A stretch of 64,000 bases of DNA from a virus. The DNA is taken from IMG/VR virus record IMGVR_UViG_3300015360_000032, positions 1 through 64,000 of that record. One strand, given 5' to 3'. The notes below the pieces were generated by a model. The model worked only from the letters and a program-made list of their open reading frames with translations, searched no databases and was not told the origin of the DNA. Position numbers and translations under genes: made by a program. Of the stretch, positions 35,694 through 45,900 are shown in pieces (position 1 is the stretch's first letter; each line of letters opens with the position of its first letter).

Positions 35694-36962
35694 CTACGAG
35701 ACAGTCGGAACCAACCCAACCACAGCGATAGACCCCGCGCCGGGCTTAGCTACATAGCTACCGACAGTGTATGAGCCACTACCCGTGAATGTGAGAACCG
35801 TTTCTTCTCCCGTCGTTGTGACTGTCGGGGAGCCCGTGTGGTTACCACTATAGTTAAAAGTGAGCAGGCGCAGGATAACAACACCGGAGCCGCCTGCACC
35901 GCCAACACCGCCTGCGCCATTAAGACCGCCGCCACCGCCACCGCCATTACCCCGGTTAGCCGTATCCGTAGACCCTGCGGTACTCGTCGTTTCTAAACCA
36001 CCCTCGCCGCCCGCTGCGTATGTCACGGCAGACCCGGAGATGGTACTAACTAAGCCGCTGCCCGCAGTAGTGACGCCACCGGCGCTGCCCGCGCCACCAC
36101 CACCGCCACCTTTGCAGGCTGTGGAGCCAAACGTTCCTATGCCTGCACCGCCATTGTTACCCTGGCCTGCGGTGCCAGCACCACCCGCAGCGCTACCGGC
36201 AGTACCACCGCCACTACCGCCAGCGCCACCCAACTGGAAGCCGCCTCGACCGCCGCCCGTACAAGTTACGGTCGTGAACCCGTCCCCAGAGATAGATGAA
36301 TCGCTTCCTGCGATTCCGGGGACGCCACTCGGGCTGGCCGCGCCTGCACCTACCGTTACAGTAATCACGACTCCGCTAGCCAACGTAGTAAGCTTGCCGG
36401 TTTTCAAGCCCCCCGCGCCACCGCCACCGCCCCCGACGCTAGCGCCGCCGCCGCTACCGCTACCTCCACCGGCCGCGACCAGATAGCTAATGCCATCTGA
36501 ACGATCAACCACAGGGGCTAGACCACTAAACGTGGCTGATCCTTGTGCTGGCGAACGAGTCGAGATAACGGTAGGTGCGAGACCCGCAAACGATACGCTG
36601 CCCCTCCCGGTTACGGCATATATTGTTGTATTGAGAGCCGTAGGGGCATATGTCGTAATGCTTAGTGCGCGGCTGCCCACCGCAATCGGCAAGCCACGGA
36701 AGATATCCAAACCTACCGGGAAGTTGTTGGTGGTAATTCCGAAGAAGATAGCAGGGTCAGCGCGTACATTGACCGCAAACGGGTTGGGCGTTGCGCTTCC
36801 TGTGAATGTAGTCGGGGCGTCACGTAGATTGACCGCAAAAGGATTCGGGGTAGCGCGTCCTAAGAATATATACGGGGACTCGCTGAGCAATACGGGAAAT
36901 GAGTTAACCCCCACACCACGGAAGACATTATTGTTTCCAAAGATATATGGGTTAACTATCAC
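35694..36962 (-). CDS. Glycine-rich tail/virion protein
   Basis: YLVAAGGG...GGAGG...GGSGVVIL glycine-rich domain. Confidence 0.75.
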   Translation of the reverse strand: MIVNPYIFGNNNVFRGVGVNSFPVLLSESPYIFLGRATPNPFAVNLRDAPTTFTGSATPNPFAVNVRADPAIFFGITTNNFPVGLDIFRGLPIAVGSRALSITTYAPTALNTTIYAVTGRGSVSFAGLAPTVISTRSPAQGSATFSGLAPVVDRSDGISYLVAAGGGSGSGGGASVGGGGGGAGGLKTGKLTTLASGVVITVTVGAGAASPSGVPGIAGSDSSISGDGFTTVTCTGGGRGGFQLGGAGGSGGGTAGSAAGGAGTAGQGNNGGAGIGTFGSTACKGGGGGGAGSAGGVTTAGSGLVSTISGSAVTYAAGGEGGLETTSTAGSTDTANRGNGGGGGGGLNGAGGVGGAGGSGVVILRLLTFNYSGNHTGSPTVTTTGEETVLTFTGSGSYTVGSYVAKPGAGSIAVVGLVPTVS

Positions 36963-36974
36963 CGCAAATCCTAA

Positions 36975-37547
36975 TTAGTAAGTCCAAAGACTCGGGAACT
37001 CAATCTTCAGGTTCCGAATACGGTAATTCGTACCGGAGACGATACTGACATCAGGTATTTCCAGATCGGAACCAGAGCCTGGAAGACCTACCGTACCTAT
37101 AAGGCTATGCCGGATACTGTCGCTAAACTGTCCGCCGCCGTTACCCATTCGCAAATGCCACCAAAACCAGGTTGCTGTGCCCGACACAACCGCCGTTTTA
37201 TACCCTGACGTGATAGTTGACGGATTGCTTGTTTGGTCTGTCAGCGCAAAATCATCCGTAGCATACCCCGGGTTGGCACCATCAGCGTGGTGTGTACATT
37301 GAAAATTGACAAGAATATCTGCTGACCGAGCAGAGAAGCCCGTCAAAGAGGCCAGGGAAGCAATGGTGCCTCTCATTATGCCAATCTGGCCCCACGTACC
37401 CGGATCGAAGTAGTTACCTGCGTTCTTCGCCATTAACAGTCCGGCTATAGGCGCGCTGATGCCGAGGCCGTTAGACTCCACGTCCCGCCGAATAACCCGC
37501 GCCGGCAACCCAGCCATTATCCCTGCACTAAGTTCAACTGAAGCCAT
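36975..37547 (-). CDS. Virion structural protein (hypothetical)
   Basis: GTATWF...GTVG..GSGSDL pattern; appears related to the next gene. Confidence 0.6.
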   Translation of the reverse strand: MASVELSAGIMAGLPARVIRRDVESNGLGISAPIAGLLMAKNAGNYFDPGTWGQIGIMRGTIASLASLTGFSARSADILVNFQCTHHADGANPGYATDDFALTDQTSNPSTITSGYKTAVVSGTATWFWWHLRMGNGGGQFSDSIRHSLIGTVGLPGSGSDLEIPDVSIVSGTNYRIRNLKIEFPSLWTY

Positions 37548-37565
37548 TTTGAATTCTCCTAAAAA

Positions 37566-38021
37566 TTAAGACATTGTGGCGGCAAGGCTACCGTCGATGA
37601 TTACTTTGCTAACACCGGACGTAAAGGCGGTACTAGAGAATCTAAGAATGCCGACTCCACCCGCATCGCTTACATCACCAACAGTGAAAATCGTTGTAGG
37701 TAGAGCCGCATTCATTGCACCTAGCGCGGGATTCGTTCCCCAGAGAATGCACCAAGTTCCAGTACCTGTATTGCTCGCGTTGACGGCAGCAGGAATGGCA
37801 GACAGGGAAAGCGTGTTAGTGGAGTACGCCCATGTTGCCCCTACGTAATGCGCCAAGAAGTTTGCGTTGCCGCTGTTGTACGACGCAAAGGCTGCGGCGA
37901 TACCTGCGGCGGAAGGCTTCGATCCCGAGTAAATAGTGATTGCAAAGGGCGAAGCCATAGCCGCAAAGACGCCTTGGTAAACGAAGAGGCCCGCGAGCGA
38001 TGGGGAATATTGCATTGTCAT
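37566..38021 (-). CDS. Virion structural protein (hypothetical)
   Basis: IYSGSKP...TGTGTW...GDVS..GG.G pattern. Confidence 0.6.
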   Translation of the reverse strand: MTMQYSPSLAGLFVYQGVFAAMASPFAITIYSGSKPSAAGIAAAFASYNSGNANFLAHYVGATWAYSTNTLSLSAIPAAVNASNTGTGTWCILWGTNPALGAMNAALPTTIFTVGDVSDAGGVGILRFSSTAFTSGVSKVIIDGSLAATMS

Positions 38022-38048
38022 ATCAGTTTCCTTAGATTGAAATCAATT

Positions 38049-38765
38049 TCAATACGATCCGATGAGGGTGGCTACGAGCCCTTTTGCGGTACCGTTACCT
38101 ATCTGGGTTACGTGGATAGTGACCCGCGAATCGTCGGCAATGGCGACATCGCTGATAACCGCAGGAGTGACAGCCGTAACACTGGTTGTTTCTGTGTTGT
38201 CGATGGTGAGCAATGTACTTAGAACGGTTACTCCATTCTCTCTGATGTCCACAGTGAAGAGCGCGCCGCTTGCTTGCGCCGTTTGCAGAGAGATTCTAAC
38301 CGCAGCCAGGGTAAATGCGCGGGGCTGGCGCCAACCCATAACTTCACCAACCTCCAATGGACTCAGATCATAGTCTGAGCAAGCTACTTGCTTTTCATAG
38401 TAGTTGGTAATGCCCAGAAGACTGGTCAGCGTCACCCAGTTAGCAGAGACGTAGGAGTAGTAGCGGGCCTCATCGACCGCGAAAACCAGCCAACCAGATT
38501 TGGGGGGAAAGAATTCCCAGATCGTACCGTTGTACCTTGCGATTTTCTTGTCATGGGTTGACCAAGACCCTGTAGCCGCTGGACCTACGATGTAGGTATC
38601 CCCCGAGGTAGGTGACCCGGGTGGCGCAGTCAAGTCCTTGTCAATCACCTTGGCTTGAGCTAGAGCGTCAACCTTTCTCAGGTTGGCGTTCATGGCATCG
38701 CCCCAGAGTGTTTCTCCAAGGACCCAACCATGCATCAGTTCAATATTTTGAAGAGCAGCAGGCAT
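38049..38765 (-). CDS. DUF2793-domain tail protein
   Basis: TAPPGSPTSGDTYIV..AATGSW....IA.....W.F..P..GW. Confidence 0.8.
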   Translation of the reverse strand: MPAALQNIELMHGWVLGETLWGDAMNANLRKVDALAQAKVIDKDLTAPPGSPTSGDTYIVGPAATGSWSTHDKKIARYNGTIWEFFPPKSGWLVFAVDEARYYSYVSANWVTLTSLLGITNYYEKQVACSDYDLSPLEVGEVMGWRQPRAFTLAAVRISLQTAQASGALFTVDIRENGVTVLSTLLTIDNTETTSVTAVTPAVISDVAIADDSRVTIHVTQIGNGTAKGLVATLIGSY

Positions 38766-38816
38766 ATCAATTCACCTTTTCTGAAATCAATTTCAATTTA
38801 GTAGATTGTAGGACAG

Positions 38817-41525
38817 TTACGGGGTACCGCCCCAGTCATAGCCCCAACCAACGCCCCAGCCCTTAGTAATGGCTTTCGGCTCATTACCAGATAGAGTGAT
38901 CGTTCCGGTACCAGGGGCAACGCCCTGAGTCATAAAGAAGTCAACTACGTATTTTTGGTATGACTCTAGAGCAGACCGTACAGACCACAACTCAACTCGA
39001 ATGCTGTACGGGCTGCCGTCGCTCTGCCAATCACTATAGTTGTACGTGTAGCTGAGACCAGTGATTCCCGCAACTGTCCGGAGAACTGCACTGGTAATCC
39101 GGTTCGTGATCTTAACCGTGTACGTCGTTCCCGCCTCAGGTGATACGCTTGAATCTTGGTGATATACCAGATTTTCAAACTGAGTTAGACGGTTTCTATG
39201 GAACCAGCTAAGGGCGAAGCTACCCGGGCGGCTGATCACATTAGGGAAGGGAATTCCATTAAATTGAACGTTTGCCGGGGGGTACGGACGGGGATGACGA
39301 AGCACCATCGTCTTCGTAACCGGAGGAGCCAGAGAGAAAGCTAGCGTGCCGTTAGAAGTACGGGTAAGCGCTCTGCCCGTGACCTCCTCAGTTTCAGAGT
39401 AGTAGGTAGGATCGCGCCCCCACCCACTTAGATAGAAATACATCCGAGATAGTGCAGCATGACTTTGAGGAATAGTGTCAGCACATCCTCGGGCTATAGC
39501 CATCACTCCTGTTCCAGCGTCGAAACTAACTATTCTGACAATCTCATCATTAATCATGGCAGGCAATCCCGCCACAATACCCTGCCCAACGAGGCTCGAA
39601 ACTACGATTGAAGTCTGTAGTGGGGTTAGGGCAAGCACACAGACGCAACTAGGCGTCCATTTACCCGTTCCTTTTACACTAAAGGCTCCACCTGTAATGC
39701 CGGTATGAATTCCATAATCCAGAGACAGAGGTGTCGGCCTGACAGAAAGCAACGTGACGAACGTTTCATTGCCGGTCAAGGCATAAAACTGCGGTGCCGC
39801 CATCGCCTTTAGCAAGAAAATATATGGCGACTCGACCATTGCCGTAGCAGTCGCGGCTATCGGAGGGGCGCCTGATGGCGGGGTAACGATGGGGTCAGAC
39901 CCAACAAAAGATGTAGCCGATAGGCCAAACACGTCTTGCAGAGCGGTGACGGCCATGGTGCCGTCGTCCTGGCTGCGATCTTCAATCTTGCCAACGCGCA
40001 AAAGCATAGCGCCTATGCTGCGATTTGCGTCACTAAATCTAAAAACTTGGCCCGGAGTCAGCCTCCATGCCCTGCGATCCATGATGAACTTAAAGCGGCG
40101 AATGGGTGTTCCGCCGACTCTCAGGTCTCTTTGGGCAAGGCGGGCAGCTAACTCTGGGGTAGGAATGCCAGGGTAGCTCACTGACTTGCTGTATATTGCT
40201 CCCGTAGCCTGCGCGGAGCCAACATTTTGCGCTCTGACCTGTCGAGTATCCCCCGTAACAGCGTCCGTGTAGCTGAGAACGACTTCATTGATCAGCGTTT
40301 GCGGAGAGGAAGAATCGTCTTCCTCGATAGAGAGAATGCCGCTGCTGGTCGTGAATTCGGTCAGGTCTTCGATTCGGGTAGCGTCCCGCATAATTCGTAG
40401 GTGAATCAGCCCACTTTCGCGGCTCTCAAAAAGAACCCCACCTATGTGGTCAATGACTTGCTGAACAAAAGCCTCGACAGTGTCTTCCCGCGTCCATCGG
40501 ATACACAAACCAAGCTTCTCAGCGTAGAGGCTGTCCGCGACCTTAGTAAACGTTTCGTTGTCCAGTTTCGCCCGTGGTAAACCTCTGCCCCAGTCTCTAT
40601 TTGTCAGACACTCATAGATAATATGCGCGGGGTTCATTGCCTTTATGGTTGCGCGCTCTGTCGATAGGCCCCCGTTAACAGCCGCAGGGGGAGCAAGTCG
40701 ATCAATCGTATAGAGGATTTCTACCGCCTCACCGGGAGCTATGTAGGTGCCGGCGATGACTTCCGCAGTAGTCCAACTAACCGCGCCTGCATCTAGTTGT
40801 GGGGTGCCTATCTCAAAACCACGGTAAAAAACAGAGAGGACACTCGTGGCTAGGATGCCGTCTGTGTACCAGGGTATCGTAAGTCCGTCCGACCCGACGT
40901 AGGAATATTGAGACAGTGTTACTGTTTCCGTAGCCCCCGAGGCAGGTGCAGGAGTCTCACCGGGGCGAAACAGTTCGATGACGGCTTTTTCTGGGTACCA
41001 AACGGCACCATCCCAGCCCATCAATGCGCGGCGTACTCGAAACTTCCACGGCTTAGGGTATGCGCTCATAGCGCAAATCATGCCGTCAAAGAACAGGGTG
41101 AACATGCCTCGGAAGCCAGAGACAAGACCACCAAGGAATGCTTGTAGACGGGGATTGACAGGCTGATTTGCCTCGCCCATCAAAACCTCTAAAGAGCCTT
41201 GAACACCCCCTTCTTTTTCCTCCCCGCCGAATAGCTCGGGGACGTTGATAGAAATAGTGCCAGATGTCGTGACGGGAGGCGCAGAGTCAATGATTACTTC
41301 TGAGGGGGGAACACATGTCTCGACGACTGCTAGGTTAATACCCGGTATACCCGTAAACGAGTACGTGCATCCGCCGGCTGTTTGAACGGTACTACCAACA
41401 GGCCACGCTGTTTTGTCGCCAATTTTTATTTCGACAAGAGCATCCACTGGGCCACGACATACGCCCATGTGAAGCTTCATAAAATAACGATATCCAATCG
41501 TTACTGGATCGCCCCCACTACTCAT
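38817..41525 (-). CDS. Tail tip / central tail protein (Phage-tail_3, GTA-like)
   Basis: GYRYFM..HMGVCRGPVD, MNPAHIIYECLTN.DWG and RGCADT motifs; start set at MSSGG. Confidence 0.85.
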   Translation of the reverse strand: MSSGGDPVTIGYRYFMKLHMGVCRGPVDALVEIKIGDKTAWPVGSTVQTAGGCTYSFTGIPGINLAVVETCVPPSEVIIDSAPPVTTSGTISINVPELFGGEEKEGGVQGSLEVLMGEANQPVNPRLQAFLGGLVSGFRGMFTLFFDGMICAMSAYPKPWKFRVRRALMGWDGAVWYPEKAVIELFRPGETPAPASGATETVTLSQYSYVGSDGLTIPWYTDGILATSVLSVFYRGFEIGTPQLDAGAVSWTTAEVIAGTYIAPGEAVEILYTIDRLAPPAAVNGGLSTERATIKAMNPAHIIYECLTNRDWGRGLPRAKLDNETFTKVADSLYAEKLGLCIRWTREDTVEAFVQQVIDHIGGVLFESRESGLIHLRIMRDATRIEDLTEFTTSSGILSIEEDDSSSPQTLINEVVLSYTDAVTGDTRQVRAQNVGSAQATGAIYSKSVSYPGIPTPELAARLAQRDLRVGGTPIRRFKFIMDRRAWRLTPGQVFRFSDANRSIGAMLLRVGKIEDRSQDDGTMAVTALQDVFGLSATSFVGSDPIVTPPSGAPPIAATATAMVESPYIFLLKAMAAPQFYALTGNETFVTLLSVRPTPLSLDYGIHTGITGGAFSVKGTGKWTPSCVCVLALTPLQTSIVVSSLVGQGIVAGLPAMINDEIVRIVSFDAGTGVMAIARGCADTIPQSHAALSRMYFYLSGWGRDPTYYSETEEVTGRALTRTSNGTLAFSLAPPVTKTMVLRHPRPYPPANVQFNGIPFPNVISRPGSFALSWFHRNRLTQFENLVYHQDSSVSPEAGTTYTVKITNRITSAVLRTVAGITGLSYTYNYSDWQSDGSPYSIRVELWSVRSALESYQKYVVDFFMTQGVAPGTGTITLSGNEPKAITKGWGVGWGYDWGGTP

Positions 41526-41733
41526 TTTTTGCCTCAGCTTCTCTTTGAGCAAACGCCACAATAGCTTCGACCATAGGACCGCCAGTCGCGGCTAAGTCCG
41601 GTGCGGGTATTCCACTCTTGATAAAGTCCCGCCAATCAAGCCCATAGTGTATGAACCAGTCTCTGGCCCCGGGTGTTAAGCAGTAGCCGCACGACCGTAT
41701 GTGGCGAGGATAAATACGAAGCTCATTAGCCAT
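41518..41733 (-). CDS. Small tail assembly protein
   Basis: YC..GAR.WF..YGLDW..F...GI pattern. Confidence 0.7.
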   Translation of the reverse strand: MANELRIYPRHIRSCGYCLTPGARDWFIHYGLDWRDFIKSGIPAPDLAATGGPMVEAIVAFAQREAEAKNE

Positions 41734-41737
41734 ATGG

Positions 41738-42046
41738 TTACCCCCGCTCTATCGGGGTGGTTGTCAGGTCGCCGTAACTCAGAACCATCCACCCGCCTGT
41801 CCAACAATCACCGAAAATAACCGCTTGTGCAGTTCCCTCGTCTGCCTGCGGGAATTCAAAGTCTTCTATGGTTGCGGCTTGTGGCTGTTGTGTCTTTGGT
41901 TTGGGGGCCAGCGCGCTAGAAACTATTGCGATGATCACCATAATGATGAAGTCATCCCACCCCATCAAGGCACCGAAATAATGCCCCTCAATCACCGGGG
42001 CATTTAGAGCTTGCCAAAAGACAAACAGATTATGCAGGATGTCCAT
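41738..42046 (-). CDS. Small tail assembly protein
   Basis: LAPKPK...FEFPQADEG....VIFG. Confidence 0.7.
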   Translation of the reverse strand: MDILHNLFVFWQALNAPVIEGHYFGALMGWDDFIIMVIIAIVSSALAPKPKTQQPQAATIEDFEFPQADEGTAQAVIFGDCWTGGWMVLSYGDLTTTPIERG

Positions 42047-42067
42047 CGTTATTCCTTGAAATCAATT

Positions 42068-42922
42068 TCAAAAAACAGGGTTTCCGTCGAAAGGGCTCTT
42101 ACCCTGTAGGTGATTGATCCCACCGTAATTCACCATGTTGTTAAACTTCTCACTGCACACACTCGCTATTCTGGCACAGCCGGGGAACGAAGCAACCGTA
42201 TCGCCTGTGCTAAGTGGTGATGTCAACCCTTGCAGGGTGATTGTGTCGCCAATATGAGTGCTGATACCCATTCTTTCCGTCACCCCGGCAAGGCTCTCCC
42301 ACTCAATAAAGCCACCGGAAAAGTATCCATCGGGCGATAGTGCGAGAGAAGTATGCGCTATCGTTATTGCGTCCACTATAGTGATAAACGCCAGAGTCAC
42401 CAGAAAAGAGTTTCTGTTTACGTTGCACCCGCGACCGTAGAGCACATGCGGGCAGTTGCGAGCCCACGATAGGCGCAAGCCCCCACGAGCTAAGGTGATC
42501 TGGCTTGTGTTACACACAAAGACTCGTTCGTTGAGCTTCGTGCGCTTGATAGTTAGGATTGATCCATTCCAATGCACAGGCGCATCCCCAATCAGCGCGG
42601 GGCCAGTGACTACGTTAGCGACGGCTTCATCGATATGTATTTTTCTCAGCCTGATCTGAATCTCTTCGCTAGGGGTGATCGTATCAAGGTAAGTACAAAG
42701 CGGTGCATCCGTGGCTATCGTGATGCTCAGGTCATCAGACGCGGCATCGCCGCTCTGTAGTACCGACCCTATCGAAATGGCTACCGGGGTATACACGTTA
42801 CCTAAAAACGTGATGGGCGTTTCCAAGTTGGTGTACCGCCACGTAATGCCGGTGCGATAGAACTCATAGAGAAACCCCGGTCGCCCGTCCTGCGCCGAAG
42901 TTTCACGACTGTTGAATGACAT
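42068..42922 (-). CDS. BR0599/DUF2163 family tail hub protein
   Basis: CPHVLYGRGC and PGC.....C..KFNN..NYGG motifs. Confidence 0.88.
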   Translation of the reverse strand: MSFNSRETSAQDGRPGFLYEFYRTGITWRYTNLETPITFLGNVYTPVAISIGSVLQSGDAASDDLSITIATDAPLCTYLDTITPSEEIQIRLRKIHIDEAVANVVTGPALIGDAPVHWNGSILTIKRTKLNERVFVCNTSQITLARGGLRLSWARNCPHVLYGRGCNVNRNSFLVTLAFITIVDAITIAHTSLALSPDGYFSGGFIEWESLAGVTERMGISTHIGDTITLQGLTSPLSTGDTVASFPGCARIASVCSEKFNNMVNYGGINHLQGKSPFDGNPVF

Positions 42923-42925
42923 GGT

Positions 42926-45900
42926 TTACCTTTTTGAAATCAATTTATAATCTACGAGCAAGACAACCGCTAAGTCGCTAACACTGGCGACGATAGCTGC
43001 ATCGCTCGGGGCGGTGGCAATATCAATCTTGACTACGTTGCTTCGGTATCCCGGGCTATTCAGATTCCAAATCCATTGACGGAGTGTGGTTAGTTGCAAC
43101 CAAACCCCTGTGGCTGCGCTGATGGGAGATGAGGGTGGAGTACCCGACGTAACTGTTAATTTAACCCAGTGCGTGTTTCCTACCCCCGCCAGGATAGACG
43201 AATACCAGCTTGATCCTGAAGCACTGCCGTTGCCCGTTGTCGATAGCGCGCCGTCTGTGTAGAAATAGACTCCGCAACTGGCGCTGCTTGGCAGTAGTAC
43301 CTCGTCATTAATGTCGAAAACAGGAATCGGATTTACCACGCCTGGGGGAGGTGCCGGCACTACGCCGCCGATGATTACCGCGCCGGCGGGCGGTGTAGAG
43401 ACTACCGGAGGAAAGCCCAAGGTTTCTACTGTGCCCTGCTGTCCAGCGCCATTGCAAAGATATTGAACCTGCAAACTTTGCACGGAGCCCGTTAAAGCAG
43501 GAGGTGTTTGTGTGCCTGTTGCAATGAATTGCCATGTCAATGCAATGCAGAATCCAGCACCACCATAGCAAGTAGCCCAGTGATCGATTTCAGCTTCGAC
43601 CGCAGCGGCGGGCGATCCATAGGTATAGCCAGAAACCGGAGCGCCGCAACTTGCTGTATTCGGGCCGTTGTACCGCCAAAGGCTAGACTGGGGCGGAGGC
43701 GGAGGCGGAGGCGGGGGCGGAGGCGGAGGCGGAGGCGGGGGCGGAGGCGGAGGCGAAGGCGGAGGCGGACAAAGCTGTTTTATCGAAACAGCATCATGGA
43801 ACATTGTGTACCCTGCGTCGTTCGTTGATCCCATTTCAATGTAGTTGATGTTCGAGTTGAACCAAGGCGTAGAGGCAAGACTGCCTGTAAACGCCAAAAC
43901 ACCATCTAAAAGTACGCTGATTGTGTAGGTATCGACCCGTATCGTGACATTGATAGCCCCCGGCCCGGTGGGGGCTACCGCTTCATACAGACTAAACTCT
44001 TCACCGCCTGTTCTGTTTCGTATAGTGATTTCTAGATAACTTGCTCCCAGGTCTGCTCGGTTGCTATACCAATAGACCACAGCGCTACCGCTGATCCCTA
44101 TGTTGAACAGAAAATACCCAAAAGCATCGTACGATGTCGGGCTACCGTTGTACGTGCTGTGTGCTTGGAAATTGATTTCAAAAGGCACAGTAATGGGTAT
44201 GTTGACCGCCGTGCCAATTCCCCCAACGACAAGCTCTCCGGGGGTAGTGTGAGCCCCCGCAGCGGAAGAGGACACGCTGCCTGTGCCGTCTAGAATAATT
44301 ACATCAGAGGGGTTAGCAGGCCACGGGCGCCACTGGAATGTCGTAGGGGCTATATCCGGGGTGTGCGCCGTTATTGCAGTCCCCGCCGTACCCGTAAAAG
44401 TATCCCTAAAGAGGAAATTCGGAATACAAATCGTAGTAGCGGGGGGTACGCCATCTTCGAAGTCCCAGTAGTTGTTTCCACCACCTGTCAACACAGGAGG
44501 GGTGCCAATCGCTTGTCCCGGAAAACTCCACACAACTACACATTGGGTTAAGCCTTCCGTGTCAGCCTTGTGGTTTATCTCAATGCTGTCTAGATCGAGG
44601 TGCCCCAAAGCCAGGTAGCTGATGCAGCGAATGTCATTGATTTCAATGGTTTGGGAGAACGCGGAATTGACACCGATTGCTTCCGTGTCTGCGTCAATCA
44701 CAAGACTATCTGTGATCCGCCTTACGATGTTTGTCCCGTTGCGAAGCTGAATCAGAATACGGTTGCGTCCCTCTTGAAGAGCGAGGTTGGCGGTGTACCC
44801 AATATTGCGAATAACGAAGCTCGCTTGCCCGTTCGGAATTGCCTCCACCACTGTGAAGTCGCTCATGAAGGTAGGCAGCCATATCGAGGTGTGCCGACCG
44901 CGCAGATAGTAGAGCAGTTTGCGCAGATCGTGATTGGCTTCAACGCCCTTGAAAGACCACCGATACGCTATGCTGCTGTACGTGGCGTTAGACGGATTCA
45001 TTATCGAGGGCAGGGAGATTCCGTTGTCTATGATTAGGAACTGTTGCCCGTACTCGAAAGACAAATCCTCGCTATCGTCTGGCCGTTGCGTCAGGATAGG
45101 GATGCCACCAAGCGTAGCGTCGAAGGCAGAGGCAGCAGATGATTCGTTTATCGCAGTAAAGCCAGCCGGAATCGGGTACGTCATCTCGGCTGCGGTCGAG
45201 TGCAGCGTGCAGGTAAATGTAGGGATGTGCGGAAGGTGGTACAACTCGGGCTTGATCGCGGCACCAGCGAAAGAGGTCAGAGTCGAATATGGCTTGAAGT
45301 CAGTAGCCGGGTCGGGTAACGCGCCACTCTCTGACCCAGACCAGAGAGCCCACGCCCCATCCCTTCCAAGCCAGATGTGCCCAAGTTCAATGTCTACCGC
45401 GAACATCAAAGTTCGGGGACCGGACCACTGCGTAGCCATAGAGAAGGGGTTACTACCCCCCAGGCTGTAAATGTTGGGGACCGCACCTATGGATTCAAGT
45501 ATGAGTCCTTGATAGATACAGGCCAGTCGATGCCCCGCAGCCGTGACAAATCCGCACCATCCTACGTCGTTAGAGGCGGAGCTTTGGTCATGAACAAAGA
45601 CTTCCCAGTAGACCTTACCCGTCGAGTTTGAGAATCTGTTACCTGTGACGTTGTGGTAAGTGTGCGGAGAACTGTTGATGAATCCGCCAATCGTTGCGGT
45701 CTTGTTGTTGTTCGAAAGCACTGGCACACCGGAAGACACCCAGAAAACGTCTGGAGAATCAACCACGGTATACGGGTATTTATTGTTCTCTCTGTAGTCG
45801 AATCGCATCGACACTTCAAAGAGTTCATCGCTCTTCTTGGCAGCTTTAGTTTGCTCAGAGATGTACGCAATGGATGCGGGGTAAACTAGAGTGGTAAGGG